From an uncultured Candidatus Saccharibacteria bacterium (lineage in GTDB: Bacteria; Patescibacteriota; Doudnabacteria; UBA920), in assembly GCA_964512925.1 (NCBI GenBank), contig CAZEKH010000006.1, positions 1 through 51,732 on the forward strand: a stretch of 51,732 bases of DNA, in the 5' to 3' direction. Both the position numbers and the translations under genes were made by a program. The notes under the pieces are model-generated. The model was not told the DNA's origin. It did not search any database and worked only from the letters and a program-made list of their open reading frames with translations. The stretch's first letter is position 1; each line of letters begins with the position of its first letter. Of this stretch, positions 27,501 to 35,223 are shown in pieces.

Positions 27501-29717
27501 GTTTGGACAAACAGAAAGTCTGTTACAGTAGACAAAACCAAAGTTTCCAACTCCGTTTCCAATTTTCCAGTTTTAGTTTCAGTAACTGACGCAAATTTAA
27601 AATCCATTGCAAACGGGGGACTAGTAGGCAAGAGCGACGGCAGTGATATTTTGTTTACTTCTTCGGACGGACTAACCAAACTAAGTCACGAGATAGAAAA
27701 GTATTCCGCCTCAACCGGCGAGCTTTTGGCGTGGGTAAAGGTGACGAGTTTAACTTCTTCCGTAAACACGGGGCTCTATATGTACTTTGGAAATGCTTCT
27801 GCTTCTGACCAGCAAAACAAAACCGGAGTTTGGGATTCAAACTTCAAAGCTGTGTACCATTTACCGAACGGTTCAACTTTATCTGCTTTAGATTCCACTT
27901 CCAACTCTAACAATGGCAGCATAACCGGAGCCACAGCCGGAACAGGGCAGATAGACGGCGCAGGTAGTTTCTCGGGCTCAAGCCAATATATCTCCAGCTC
28001 TTCAACGTTGCCTTCCGGTACATTTACTTACGAGTCTTGGGTCAAGCCTTCGGGTACAACTGGGTATAGAGCTATCTTTGGCGGCTCGTCTTACGCCGCA
28101 GAACTTCGGGTAAACGCCAGCACAAACCAAATTCAGCTTTTAGACCAAGGTATAACCGGTATATTTACTTCCACAGGTTCAGCCTCGGCAAATACTTGGA
28201 CTCACATAGCTTTAACCAGAGACGGCTCAAACAATGCCTACAAACTTTACATTAACGGTCAGCTTGATACTTCCACCACAAACTCCCAAAATCCTCCTGG
28301 TTCAAACCGTCTTGGCGGAGCTATCAGTGTAGGGGAATATTTTGCTGGAAGTTTGGACGAGATGAGAGCTTCTAACTCAGTTAGAAATGCAGACTGGATA
28401 ACCACACAGTACAACAACCAATCTAACCCAAACACTTTTATGTCCTTTGGAGGCTTAGAAAGTTTGGGCAGCGGATCTTCATCTTCTTCCGGTCTTTTAA
28501 ACTCAAACTATACTTGGGACTACAACAACCGTATGCTTAGTGCTGTCATCCCAGTACAAACAGGAATTTTAGCTACTTCCACCAGTAACTATCTTTACGA
28601 CCCTTTTGGACAAAGGATAAAAATGTCTGTTGCAACTGGTACTACTGTAACTACTTACTATCCAACTAAATCCTACAACATTAACGGAAGCATACCAACC
28701 AAACACATCTTTGCAGGGGATATGCTACTTGCTACCTTAACCGGCACCGGCACATCTACCACAGTCAGCTATATCCATCCCGACCACTTAGGCGGAAGTA
28801 ATGTAGTTACAAACAATTCCGGCTCTGTGGTAGAGCTGACCGACTACTATCCATATGGCTCTTCAAGGCTTGATGAACGCTCTGGTTCATTTAATGAACA
28901 GCGTAAGTTCACGGGGCATGAGTATGACGCGAGTACGGGACTTAATTACATGAATGCCCGATATCAACATCCCACAATTGGCAGGTTTGTAAGTCAGGAT
29001 CCACCGTTCTGGGACTTCTCAAGACTAGGGATTCAATTGGTAGACCCCCAAAGCTGGAATAGTTACGCCTATGCAAGAAATAACCCATTGAAGTATAATG
29101 ATCCTGACGGACAATTCTTGGATACTGTTATAGATGCTGGGTTTACAGCATGGGATGGAAGTAGTTTTATACAACACACAGGTAACTGGTTGGGAGATCA
29201 AGCTTTGATAGGAATCGGGAAGCTAACGGGTAATACCAGAATCGAAAACAATGGCAGAGCCGGCTTAGTCCAGTCAGGGACAGCACTGAAGAGTGCATCT
29301 GTTGATTTAGGAATTGATGTTGGGGCGACTTTAATCCCGGGTGTTCCAGCCTTTGTGGGTAGAATAGACGATGTGGCGAAGCTCGCTAACAAGGCCGACA
29401 ATGTTGCCAAAACTTTCAATGCCGTTGAACAGCAGCAAAAAATGTTGAAAGGTATTGAAAATGAAAAAGCAATCAATACTATAAAAGATGTATTCAGAAA
29501 AAGTGATGAAGTGCCTGGTGGTACAATGGGTGCCATTAGGAATGAAATACTAACCGGGAATTCCACCAAGGGAATCTTCCACGGTAATAAAGCTGAAAAT
29601 ACGATTAACAGAATACAAAATGTCTTTAAGTCAGAAAAATTGAATAGCGTTGAAACCAGTCGTTTACAAAGTATTAGTAATAGTCTTAAGTCATTAGTTA
29701 AAAATTTAAATCGCTAA
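21561..29717 (+). CDS. Giant TcB/TcC-like polymorphic toxin: SpvB domain, FG-GAP propeller, YD/RHS shell, 2x(DUF2341+LamG) insert, RHS core and a variable C-terminal toxin domain
   Basis: Signal/TM at the N-terminus. SpvB-type LQPNLSIAYNSQ..GYGW. FG-GAP/VCBS repeats (DLNGDGLADI, DVNNDGLPDL, DLNGDGLLDA, DINGDGLVDF). Many YD repeats (Y.YD..G....). RHS core YMNARYQHPTIGRFVSQDP...NSYAYARNNPLKYNDPDGQF. A unique tail of about 200 aa follows. Confidence 0.9.
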   Translation: MFTKNSSFFGRWYKLSALALAFFISLQPLGVVFAEDVIDLTQAENVSEQTLNQENEIINEVAQNTDQSIPQDIIQNTQTEKTSVNELSSSPNLEPTAIPEMNTSNLSGPTNVPEPVTGYVDRFSKLPKVDDSSGALIQNIEIQSPLGRNGLQPNLSIAYNSQDKTDQDIFGYGWKTNIPYIERLSKKGVDHLFSENFFVSSLDGELATTALSSVFVARSENGNFNKYVFSSNQWLMSAKNGWQYKFGYATSTQLSDPQNPDNISRWMLEEIRDMNGNYIKYEYFKDSGQIYPSRIVYTGSGQQDGIFEISFLRESRTDVVPSYRTGFLVQSKYRINEIQVKTNGSWVRKYSFSYISGDNGWRSLLSAVIEYGKDELGNVIQLPPTEFKYQKGTFSWTLNQQNYTASFSLAADQAYQYEIQDLNGDTRPDVFHGISGVFFTNHTTWFYNPAQKNWLEAPSSTIPIDFKVGEDRNNFITNWDRGVRAADLNGDLYPDILKAEDGANGGFTSYINNKGLGWMQNNNFSASIGLGKSKDSTEGSFQEYGGYVLDLNGDGLADIIRQKTGHYLGAQLNNGYGYNSATSTWNTPVGLRYNNDGSVFSDVNNDGLPDLQSTYYTNSGNDYHSDTYLNTGSGSWVANEAVFSDPAHRLINNSGYSETEGMRFLDLNGDGLLDAARDCCGGGQELYFNKGSGWYQKPYSWVLPAGTVSPGKDTDINGDGLVDFLYEFNKGSAQYYAWIYFHDGVVPDLLSTVIYPEGGRTSVSYKKSSELADSSGNLLNPNLPLQIDLVTAIQNFDGVSTSSPESYIYKGGLHYYNNPFDKKFAGFSEIDKTDAEGNVTKTFYHQGDGTDVSHGEFEDNFWKIGKPYRVEQYDNSGNLYKKTINKWESATSSQNSLAGFVKLGQTLQQDYDGTSNHKDKAESYTYNNSTGDITQKVEYGEVTGSDNGTFSDSGTDDFTTTFSYATSSTSSALSLLSGSLTTDHNSSKVKEVRNYYDSLPLGSADKGNLTKQESWKSGSSYVSSQKTYNSYGLVTSQTDPRGKVTSFSYDSYNLYPTTVTNPLSQVTLLEYDYSSGQVATSTDPNGNIFVNVYDGLDRLVSQKHPDPANPSVLNLKSSISYTDTQGAFSVKQTKYLSSSLAVDSYTYLDGLSRPKQIREMAESGNFAVKDFSYNSRGLLSRETLPYFSSGSATTTATSTGSLYLNYSYDALGRLAVSGSSIATTTNSYVNWKQTTINPNGKNKDLYSDAFGNLSRVDEHNSTSTYSTYYTYDYNKNLTKITDALGNVRNFAYDGLSRRVSAEDLHQSSDATFGSYAFVYDDSGNLTQKTDPKSQVTNYSYDDLNRVLTEDFTGQAGTEVQYSYDSCANGKGHMCNASSTGYSLTNSYNALGQLTSETKLISSNSFSTSYSYDRQGNVITIQNPDNSQVKYIYGSGGKIDQVQRKESADSSFINVVTNMDYAPSGQQTLVAYANGVSTVNNYDPAKLYRLTKKTTTLPTTVKAQDISYFYDAVGNITSILNASASNASSTVSYVYDDLNRLTSASATGTPFGISGFSQTYSYDALGNIINKSDLGAYSYLGNLNSNFANPHAATGISGTSNYSLAYDQNGNLLSLSSVASSTGWTLSGGTWNRRKQITIDHTKVSGSSSLTNFPLLFSTTDAELKTLANGGYVGKSDGTDIVFTSSDGQTKLDYELEKYSSTTGETLAWVKIPTLSTSTDTTLYVYYGNSSASDQQNKTGVWDSNFKAVYHLPNGSSLSASDSTSNANNGSVTGATAGTGQIDGAASFSGSNQYISNSSTLPSGTFTYESWVKPSGTTGYRPMFGSSGYGIEFRINSSNNQIQLLDQGVTGILTSTGSASANTWTHIALTRDGASNAVKIYINGQLDSSTTNAQNPAGSNRLGAATSVGEYFAGSLDEMRASNSVRSADWIKTEYNNQSSASTFYSLGAGDSGSTGGGSGGGSGGGNPPSDWYPPAGGPGGVWTNRKSVTVDKTKVSNSVSNFPVLVSVTDANLKSIANGGLVGKSDGSDILFTSSDGLTKLSHEIEKYSASTGELLAWVKVTSLTSSVNTGLYMYFGNASASDQQNKTGVWDSNFKAVYHLPNGSTLSALDSTSNSNNGSITGATAGTGQIDGAGSFSGSSQYISSSSTLPSGTFTYESWVKPSGTTGYRAIFGGSSYAAELRVNASTNQIQLLDQGITGIFTSTGSASANTWTHIALTRDGSNNAYKLYINGQLDTSTTNSQNPPGSNRLGGAISVGEYFAGSLDEMRASNSVRNADWITTQYNNQSNPNTFMSFGGLESLGSGSSSSSGLLNSNYTWDYNNRMLSAVIPVQTGILATSTSNYLYDPFGQRIKMSVATGTTVTTYYPTKSYNINGSIPTKHIFAGDMLLATLTGTGTSTTVSYIHPDHLGGSNVVTNNSGSVVELTDYYPYGSSRLDERSGSFNEQRKFTGHEYDASTGLNYMNARYQHPTIGRFVSQDPPFWDFSRLGIQLVDPQSWNSYAYARNNPLKYNDPDGQFLDTVIDAGFTAWDGSSFIQHTGNWLGDQALIGIGKLTGNTRIENNGRAGLVQSGTALKSASVDLGIDVGATLIPGVPAFVGRIDDVAKLANKADNVAKTFNAVEQQQKMLKGIENEKAINTIKDVFRKSDEVPGGTMGAIRNEILTGNSTKGIFHGNKAENTINRIQNVFKSEKLNSVETSRLQSISNSLKSLVKNLNR
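26448..28446 (+). repeat. Tandem duplication (period 1056 nt / 352 aa) of a DUF2341 + LamG-like module inside the RHS gene
   Basis: Copy 1 is about 26448-27390 and copy 2 about 27504-28446, separated by a Gly-rich linker (GGGSGGGSGGGNPP). Long near-identical DNA runs occur, for example caaaacaaaac[t/c]ggagtttggga[c/t]tcaaacttcaaagc. Confidence 0.9.
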
Positions 29718-29721
29718 TTAT

Positions 29722-30045
29722 ATGAAATTGTATACTGTAGAAATTACTTTCTCAGATTTTACCTTCGGCATAGAGCAGTATGAATCTAATTCTGTAGAAG
29801 AGGTTTTCCAGCTATTTTTTGAAAAGGCTGAATGTTTCGCTAATTATGATAGAAGTAAAATTCTTGAAATTATGAAAAGACGTCTCAAAGAAGGAAGTGC
29901 ATTGATACATGTCGCCAATAATATACGAGGCGTTTGGCTGATAAACGCAGGTGCGGAGCTTCAAGAAATTACTCACGATGATTTACCAGCTATCTACGGT
30001 GGTAAGGTGGTACAAACTGATCCCCATGCTCCAAGGAAATCCTAG
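29722..30045 (+). CDS. Putative cognate immunity protein of the RHS C-terminal toxin
   Basis: A 107-aa ORF starts 4 nt after the RHS stop on the same strand. The call is by position only; no family is recognised. Confidence 0.5.
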   Translation: MKLYTVEITFSDFTFGIEQYESNSVEEVFQLFFEKAECFANYDRSKILEIMKRRLKEGSALIHVANNIRGVWLINAGAELQEITHDDLPAIYGGKVVQTDPHAPRKS

Positions 30046-30192
30046 TCACTTACAAGAAAAACAGTGGGGACATGACCCATTGTTTGTCAATGGATTTCGT
30101 GCGAAGTGTAATTAAAACAGGCAAAACAATGAAGGGAACAAAAAGGGTCAGGAGCAGTTTACGAAATAATTTAATCTTGTTATATTGTAAAT

Positions 30193-30867
30193 ATGCCAAG
30201 ACCGTTAAGAGCAGATATAGCGGGAATTATTTACCATATTATTAACCGGGCAAATGCCAGGTTAGCCATCTTTAAGAAAGACTCTGACTACATAGCTTTC
30301 CTTAAGGTTCTTTTTGAAGCCAGAGAAAAATTTCCCGTAGAAATTCTTTCTTTTTGCATAATGCCTAACCATTGGCATTTGGTACTAAAACCCTTGGAAA
30401 ATGGGGCACTTTCTAAATTTATGGGTTGGCTGAGTATGACCCATACCCAAAGATGGCATGCTAACCACCATACAGTGGGCAGCGGTCATCTTTATCAGGG
30501 GAGGTATAAATCATTTCCAGTACAGACAGATGAATACTTTCTGCAGCTTGTCAGATATGTGGAGTCAAATTCACTAAGAGCGAAGTTAGTGAAAAGAGCA
30601 GAGGATTGGAAGTGGGGGAGTTTGTGGATTAGGGAAAAAGGAGATGTAAAGCATAAACAGTTTTTAGGTAAATGGCCTATACCAGTACAAAGTAACTATC
30701 TAGTTTTAATCAATAAATCACAAGCAAAAATTCAGTTAGACAGCATTAGAAGTTCAATAATAAAAAACCGCCCATATGGCGATGATTTATGGGTAAAGCG
30801 TACCGCAGAGAAGCTGGGACTGGAGTCTAGTTTAAGACAACCAGGCAGACCTAAAAAAGGCTCCTGA
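30193..30867 (+). CDS. REP-associated tyrosine transposase-like (RAYT / IS200-like Y1 HUH) protein
   Basis: The N-terminal YHIINRAN is present. The HUH motif is MPNHWHLVL. GHLYQGRYKS is present, as is the catalytic-Tyr helix RYVESNSLRAKLV. Confidence 0.8.
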   Translation: MPRPLRADIAGIIYHIINRANARLAIFKKDSDYIAFLKVLFEAREKFPVEILSFCIMPNHWHLVLKPLENGALSKFMGWLSMTHTQRWHANHHTVGSGHLYQGRYKSFPVQTDEYFLQLVRYVESNSLRAKLVKRAEDWKWGSLWIREKGDVKHKQFLGKWPIPVQSNYLVLINKSQAKIQLDSIRSSIIKNRPYGDDLWVKRTAEKLGLESSLRQPGRPKKGS

Positions 30868-30941
30868 CCCCTTTATGTGTGACTGTTTTTTGCAATAATC
30901 ATATCAATATGATACGATATAAGTAGCTAAATGATACGAAA

Positions 30942-31997
30942 ATGATTATAATATCTTCAAAACATCAAAAAATAGCAGGTATTTTTCTTGAAAAAGGAGA
31001 AATGCAATCATCGGCTGTGTATGCAGAAATTATTAGACTCCGAGAAAAAATCTCATTGGTCACGGTTAAAAGGATGCTCTCAGAAATGGCCGATAAAGGC
31101 ATTTTGGAGGTTTTAGGCTCCGGAAGATCAACTAGTTATCGCATTTCATCTAAAGGTAGAATTTATGCTGACATAAATACAAAAGAATACTTTGCAGTGG
31201 AACCTGACAAGCGGTTTGGTTTAAATAGTTATAATTTTGATTTGTTTTCGTCTATAAGTGGGGAAATTTTTTCGGATGAAGAATTGATACGATTGGACAA
31301 GGCTACCACTAAGTATCAAGAAAGGATAACGGATTTGCCTATGGCAATCCAAAAAAAAGAAATGGAGAGGTTGGTTATTGAACTATCCTGGAAATCCTCT
31401 AGAATAGAGGGTAATACTTATACTCTTTTGGATACTGAGAAGTTGCTTCTAGAAAACAAGGAAGCTATAGGCCATAGCAAAAAAGAAGCGCAAATGATAC
31501 TCAATCACAAAGATGCCTTTAACTATATCCATAAAAATTCCTTTCAGTTTAAAACTCTAACTAAAAAAAATCTTGAGGAACTACACACTATCTTAATTAA
31601 AGATTTAAGCGTGGGACTGGGGCTTAGAAAAAAACCGGTAGGGGTTTTGGGTTCTAAATATTTGCCTTTAGATAACATTCATCAGATTACCGAAGCTTTG
31701 GAAAATCTTTCATCCGCAGTAACTTGTATGCTAACCCCTTATGCTAAGGCTCTAGTTGCTTTGCTTGGCATAAGTTATATTCAGCCGTTTGAAGATGGTA
31801 ATAAAAGGACATCGCGGTTAATGGCAAATGCATTACTTCTTTCTCATTCCCTTGCCCCACTTTCTTATAGGAGCGTTGATGAAAATGAATATCGTGAAGC
31901 TGTATTGATATTTTATGAATTAAATTCTATAGTACCCATGAAAAAAATATTTATCAGCCAGTATGAATTCGCTGCCCAGAATTATACAGTAAAGTAA
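30942..31997 (+). CDS. Fic-domain protein with an N-terminal winged-HTH; the Fic motif His is replaced by Gln
   Basis: wHTH-like segment: VTVKRMLSEMADKGILEVLGSGRSTSYRI. Fido core: EGNTYTL...IQPFEDGNKRTSRLMAN (canonical HPFxxGNGRxxR). Confidence 0.8.
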   Translation: MIIISSKHQKIAGIFLEKGEMQSSAVYAEIIRLREKISLVTVKRMLSEMADKGILEVLGSGRSTSYRISSKGRIYADINTKEYFAVEPDKRFGLNSYNFDLFSSISGEIFSDEELIRLDKATTKYQERITDLPMAIQKKEMERLVIELSWKSSRIEGNTYTLLDTEKLLLENKEAIGHSKKEAQMILNHKDAFNYIHKNSFQFKTLTKKNLEELHTILIKDLSVGLGLRKKPVGVLGSKYLPLDNIHQITEALENLSSAVTCMLTPYAKALVALLGISYIQPFEDGNKRTSRLMANALLLSHSLAPLSYRSVDENEYREAVLIFYELNSIVPMKKIFISQYEFAAQNYTVK

Positions 31998-32179
31998 TTT
32001 TATGTTTAAAAAAATTATTTTAGCAAACACACGATACAGGTGGGGGAGGATGGGGAGTTTGCGCACAAGACCCCGCACTTGAGACTGAGCGCATCAATGA
32101 TGTGAGTTTGCTTTTAAAAACCCCCTTGCAGAAAGGTGGATTTTTAGGTATCTTTTATTGTAGGAACTAACATCATTTT

Positions 32180-32914
32180 ATGAAAGAAATGTTTGAAAAA
32201 ATCAGGTTAAAAGCCACTGAGCATAAAACCTTTTTGATCTATGCTTCAGGCGCTGTCCTTTTGGGGTTGGCGCTGGCTTTAGGAAACCACTTTTTACTGA
32301 AAAAGACTTTGGATGTAAAAAATTTGTCTAGCTTTAGCACGCTTAAAAACAAAGACCGGAATTTAACCGAGGCTCAGAAAAAGTTTTATCAAGACCGCAT
32401 AGAAACCGGCGAAGGGTATTTGAAAACCATCAGCCCAGAGGAGCCAAACCGCGCAAATAAAAACGCTTCCGGCTATGTATTTTTAGCCCAGCAGTACTAT
32501 GGCTTGGGGGAGCTCGGTAAGGCTGAGGATTTGTACAACAAGGCTATGTCTGAAGACTCAGGCTATGAGCAGTCGTATCTGGGACTGGCTGCGGTTTTTG
32601 AAGATGTTGGCGATTTTCATGCCAGCAAACAGATTTTGGAAAAAGGCTTGGAGAAAAAGCCGGGCTTTGCGGCACTCCAGTTAAAATATATAGAAGTCAG
32701 AAAAACTCTGGGAGCTTCAGTTGAAGAAATAGAAAAACTTTACCAAGATGCCTTGGTAAAAACCGGGCAAGCTGAAGATGTCTTAACTCAGTTTGCGTCC
32801 TTTGAAGAATTAAACGGCAAAAAAACCGAAGCCTATGAGCTTTGGAAAAAAGCTTTGGAAAAAAATCCTGACAACAAAGTTTATCGCGAACAGGCGGAAA
32901 GGCTCAAACCGTGA
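32180..32914 (+). CDS. Membrane-anchored TPR-repeat protein
   Basis: One TM (LIYASGAVLLGLALALG), then TPR-like AxxYYxLGxxxxA repeats. Its stop overlaps the next gene's start (GTGA). Confidence 0.6.
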   Translation: MKEMFEKIRLKATEHKTFLIYASGAVLLGLALALGNHFLLKKTLDVKNLSSFSTLKNKDRNLTEAQKKFYQDRIETGEGYLKTISPEEPNRANKNASGYVFLAQQYYGLGELGKAEDLYNKAMSEDSGYEQSYLGLAAVFEDVGDFHASKQILEKGLEKKPGFAALQLKYIEVRKTLGASVEEIEKLYQDALVKTGQAEDVLTQFASFEELNGKKTEAYELWKKALEKNPDNKVYREQAERLKP

Positions 32915-35142
32915 AAAATTTAAGGCAAATTTCCGAGTGGGCGTTTGTGGCTCTGGTATTTCTTGCGCTTTTGACGCCGTTTTGGGTGTTTACTTCCGTG
33001 CTTTTTCCTTTTGTTACCAGTAAAGCCTTTTATTTTCGCATTGTGGTGGAGGCAGCCTTGCCGTTTTATGTGTTTTTGATTTTGGACAAAAAAAGCCTGC
33101 GGCCGAATATTTTCAGTAAGCTCAATCTGGCAATTTTGGCTTTCTTGCTTATCAATTTGCTGGCGGGAATCGTGGGAGTAAATCCGGAAAGGAGCTTTTG
33201 GGGTAATTTTGAACGTATGGGTGGGGTTTACTACCTGGCGCACCTGGTTGTTTTTGCTTTTTATATTCAGGCTTTGTCCGGGCTTGGAACAAAATATCTG
33301 AAAGTTTTTTTCCAAAGTTTTGTGGCAGTAGCCGTGGTTGTCAGCGTAAACGGACTTATTGGCAAATTGGGCTGGCCGACTTTGACTTTGGACAGTTCTT
33401 TGCCTGAACGTGTGTCTTCCACTTTAGGCAACCCGATTTTCTTGGCCAGCTATTTGGTCGTGCCTTTGTTTTTAGCCTTGTATTTGTTTTTAAATTCAGA
33501 AAATCGGGTTGCCAAGGTCTGGTATTTAACTTCGGTTTTCCTTCAGTTTTTAGGCATATATTTTAGCGGCACCAGGGGAGCGATGGTGGGTTTGGTTTTA
33601 GCTGTGTTTTTGTCTTTGGTTTTGTATTTATTTTTAGAAAAAAATAAAAAACCCAAACTTTATATCGGTTCCGTATTGGGTAGTTTGCTTTTGTTTGGGA
33701 TTTTATTGTTTTTTGTACAAAACAGTTTGCCAGAAGGATCTGTGTTAAAACGTTTGGTTAAGCTTCGTGACAGCAACTCCGAAGCCCGTTTGATCCAGTG
33801 GCGGATGGCTATAGAGGGCGCCAAGGAAAAACCCCTGCTGGGCTTTGGGCCTGAGAACTATTATGTTGTTGCCAACTCTCACTACAACCCGGAACTCTAC
33901 CGCTATGACGCGTCTTGGTTTGACAAACCTCATAACTACATTTTGGAAGTTTTGGTTACTTCCGGGATCTTTGGGCTTTTGGCTTATGTGTTTATGCTGG
34001 TTTTTTCCGCGCTAGCGCTCTTTAGGGCTTACCGCGAGGAACTGTTAAGCCTGCCGGAAACTTTGGTGTTTTTTGCGGCTTTGGCTACTTATCAAATCCA
34101 AAATTTGTTTGTGTTTGATACTGTGCCTTCCAGCGTGGCATTTTTTGTGTTCTTGGGATTTTTAGCCTACCTGGAAAAGGCGGCCTTTGGAGCGGAAGGC
34201 CTGGAAAAATATAAACCGGAAAAGATTGTATCGGGTAACAGCGGGTCGGCGATTATTTTCAGCGCTTTTTTACTCGTATCTTTTTATGCGATTTTTGTTA
34301 CCAATGTCCAGGCTTACAAAGCCGCCAAAGGCATCAATTTGGGTTACGCTTATACGGAGTATAACCCGAAAAAAGCCGCTGGATTTTTTCAGGAAGCTGT
34401 GGACGCGCCTTTTAATTTAGACCCTAGGGAGAGCGCTAACCGTTTTTCAGCTTTTGCCGTTACATTGTCCAGGCAGTCTCCGGCGCCAGAGAAGGGTTTT
34501 GTCTTGGAGCGGTTGTCAAAAGCCGAGGCGTTTCAGCAAAATCAGGCGGAAAAAGTCCAAAACGATCCGCTGTTATGGCTGAACCTGGCTTTGGTAAAAA
34601 TGGCGCAAAAAACCATCAACGGACAAAATTTAGACGGCGCCGGCTTGTTAGAAGGCAGCAAGGCTTTGGCTTTGGCGCCCAACCGGGTAGAGCTGATGCA
34701 GTTTTTAGTTCAGTATTATGGGTATGAAAAAAATTGGCCGAAAACTTTGGAAGCGGCAAAAAAAATTGTTGAGTTAAACCCTTACAATCCGGAAAACCAG
34801 TGGCAGCTGGCTTTAACATATTTTCTGTCCGGGGATACATTATCTGCTATAACAGCCGGGGATCGTGCTGTAAAAGATGGTTTCAAATTTACCTCAGTCA
34901 GGCAGTTTGCCTGGTATATATCGTATTATAAAGAGCAAAAAAATTACAAAAAAACTGCTGAGCTTTTGGAAATAGCGGTTCAGCTGGAAACGCAGGACAC
35001 GGGTTTGTTCGCGGAACTGGCGTATGCATATGCGGGTTTGGGCGATAAAGACAAAGCCGAGGCCATAGCCCGCCAGGTTGAGCTTTCTGACCCGGGCAGA
35101 AAAGCCGAAATGGAAGCTTTAATAAAATCTTTGCAAAAATAA
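32911..35142 (+). CDS. O-antigen ligase/polymerase-like (Wzy_C) polytopic membrane protein with a C-terminal TPR domain
   Basis: Ten or more TM segments. The Wzy_C-type loop SGTRGAMVGL is present, with LIQWRMAIEG...GFGPENYY. The C-terminus has TPR repeats. Confidence 0.7.
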   Translation: MKNLRQISEWAFVALVFLALLTPFWVFTSVLFPFVTSKAFYFRIVVEAALPFYVFLILDKKSLRPNIFSKLNLAILAFLLINLLAGIVGVNPERSFWGNFERMGGVYYLAHLVVFAFYIQALSGLGTKYLKVFFQSFVAVAVVVSVNGLIGKLGWPTLTLDSSLPERVSSTLGNPIFLASYLVVPLFLALYLFLNSENRVAKVWYLTSVFLQFLGIYFSGTRGAMVGLVLAVFLSLVLYLFLEKNKKPKLYIGSVLGSLLLFGILLFFVQNSLPEGSVLKRLVKLRDSNSEARLIQWRMAIEGAKEKPLLGFGPENYYVVANSHYNPELYRYDASWFDKPHNYILEVLVTSGIFGLLAYVFMLVFSALALFRAYREELLSLPETLVFFAALATYQIQNLFVFDTVPSSVAFFVFLGFLAYLEKAAFGAEGLEKYKPEKIVSGNSGSAIIFSAFLLVSFYAIFVTNVQAYKAAKGINLGYAYTEYNPKKAAGFFQEAVDAPFNLDPRESANRFSAFAVTLSRQSPAPEKGFVLERLSKAEAFQQNQAEKVQNDPLLWLNLALVKMAQKTINGQNLDGAGLLEGSKALALAPNRVELMQFLVQYYGYEKNWPKTLEAAKKIVELNPYNPENQWQLALTYFLSGDTLSAITAGDRAVKDGFKFTSVRQFAWYISYYKEQKNYKKTAELLEIAVQLETQDTGLFAELAYAYAGLGDKDKAEAIARQVELSDPGRKAEMEALIKSLQK

Positions 35143-35166
35143 ATTATGGTTTTTGTACCCTAAGTC

Positions 35167-35195
35167 TTGATTTTCTTTGAAATTTTTGTTATAAT
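35167..35195 (+). promoter_or_regulatory. Sigma70 promoter with an extended -10
   Basis: TTGATT, 17-nt spacer, TGtTATAAT, about 28 nt upstream of ATG 35224. Confidence 0.55.
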
Positions 35196-35223
35196 TTAGT
35201 CTGCTTAACATTAGAAAAATCAT

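Noticed and set aside
26448-28446. Possible CRISPR or other noncoding repeat array
   Set aside because: The repeat is a 1056-nt in-frame protein-domain duplication. No short direct repeats with unique spacers occur anywhere in the window.
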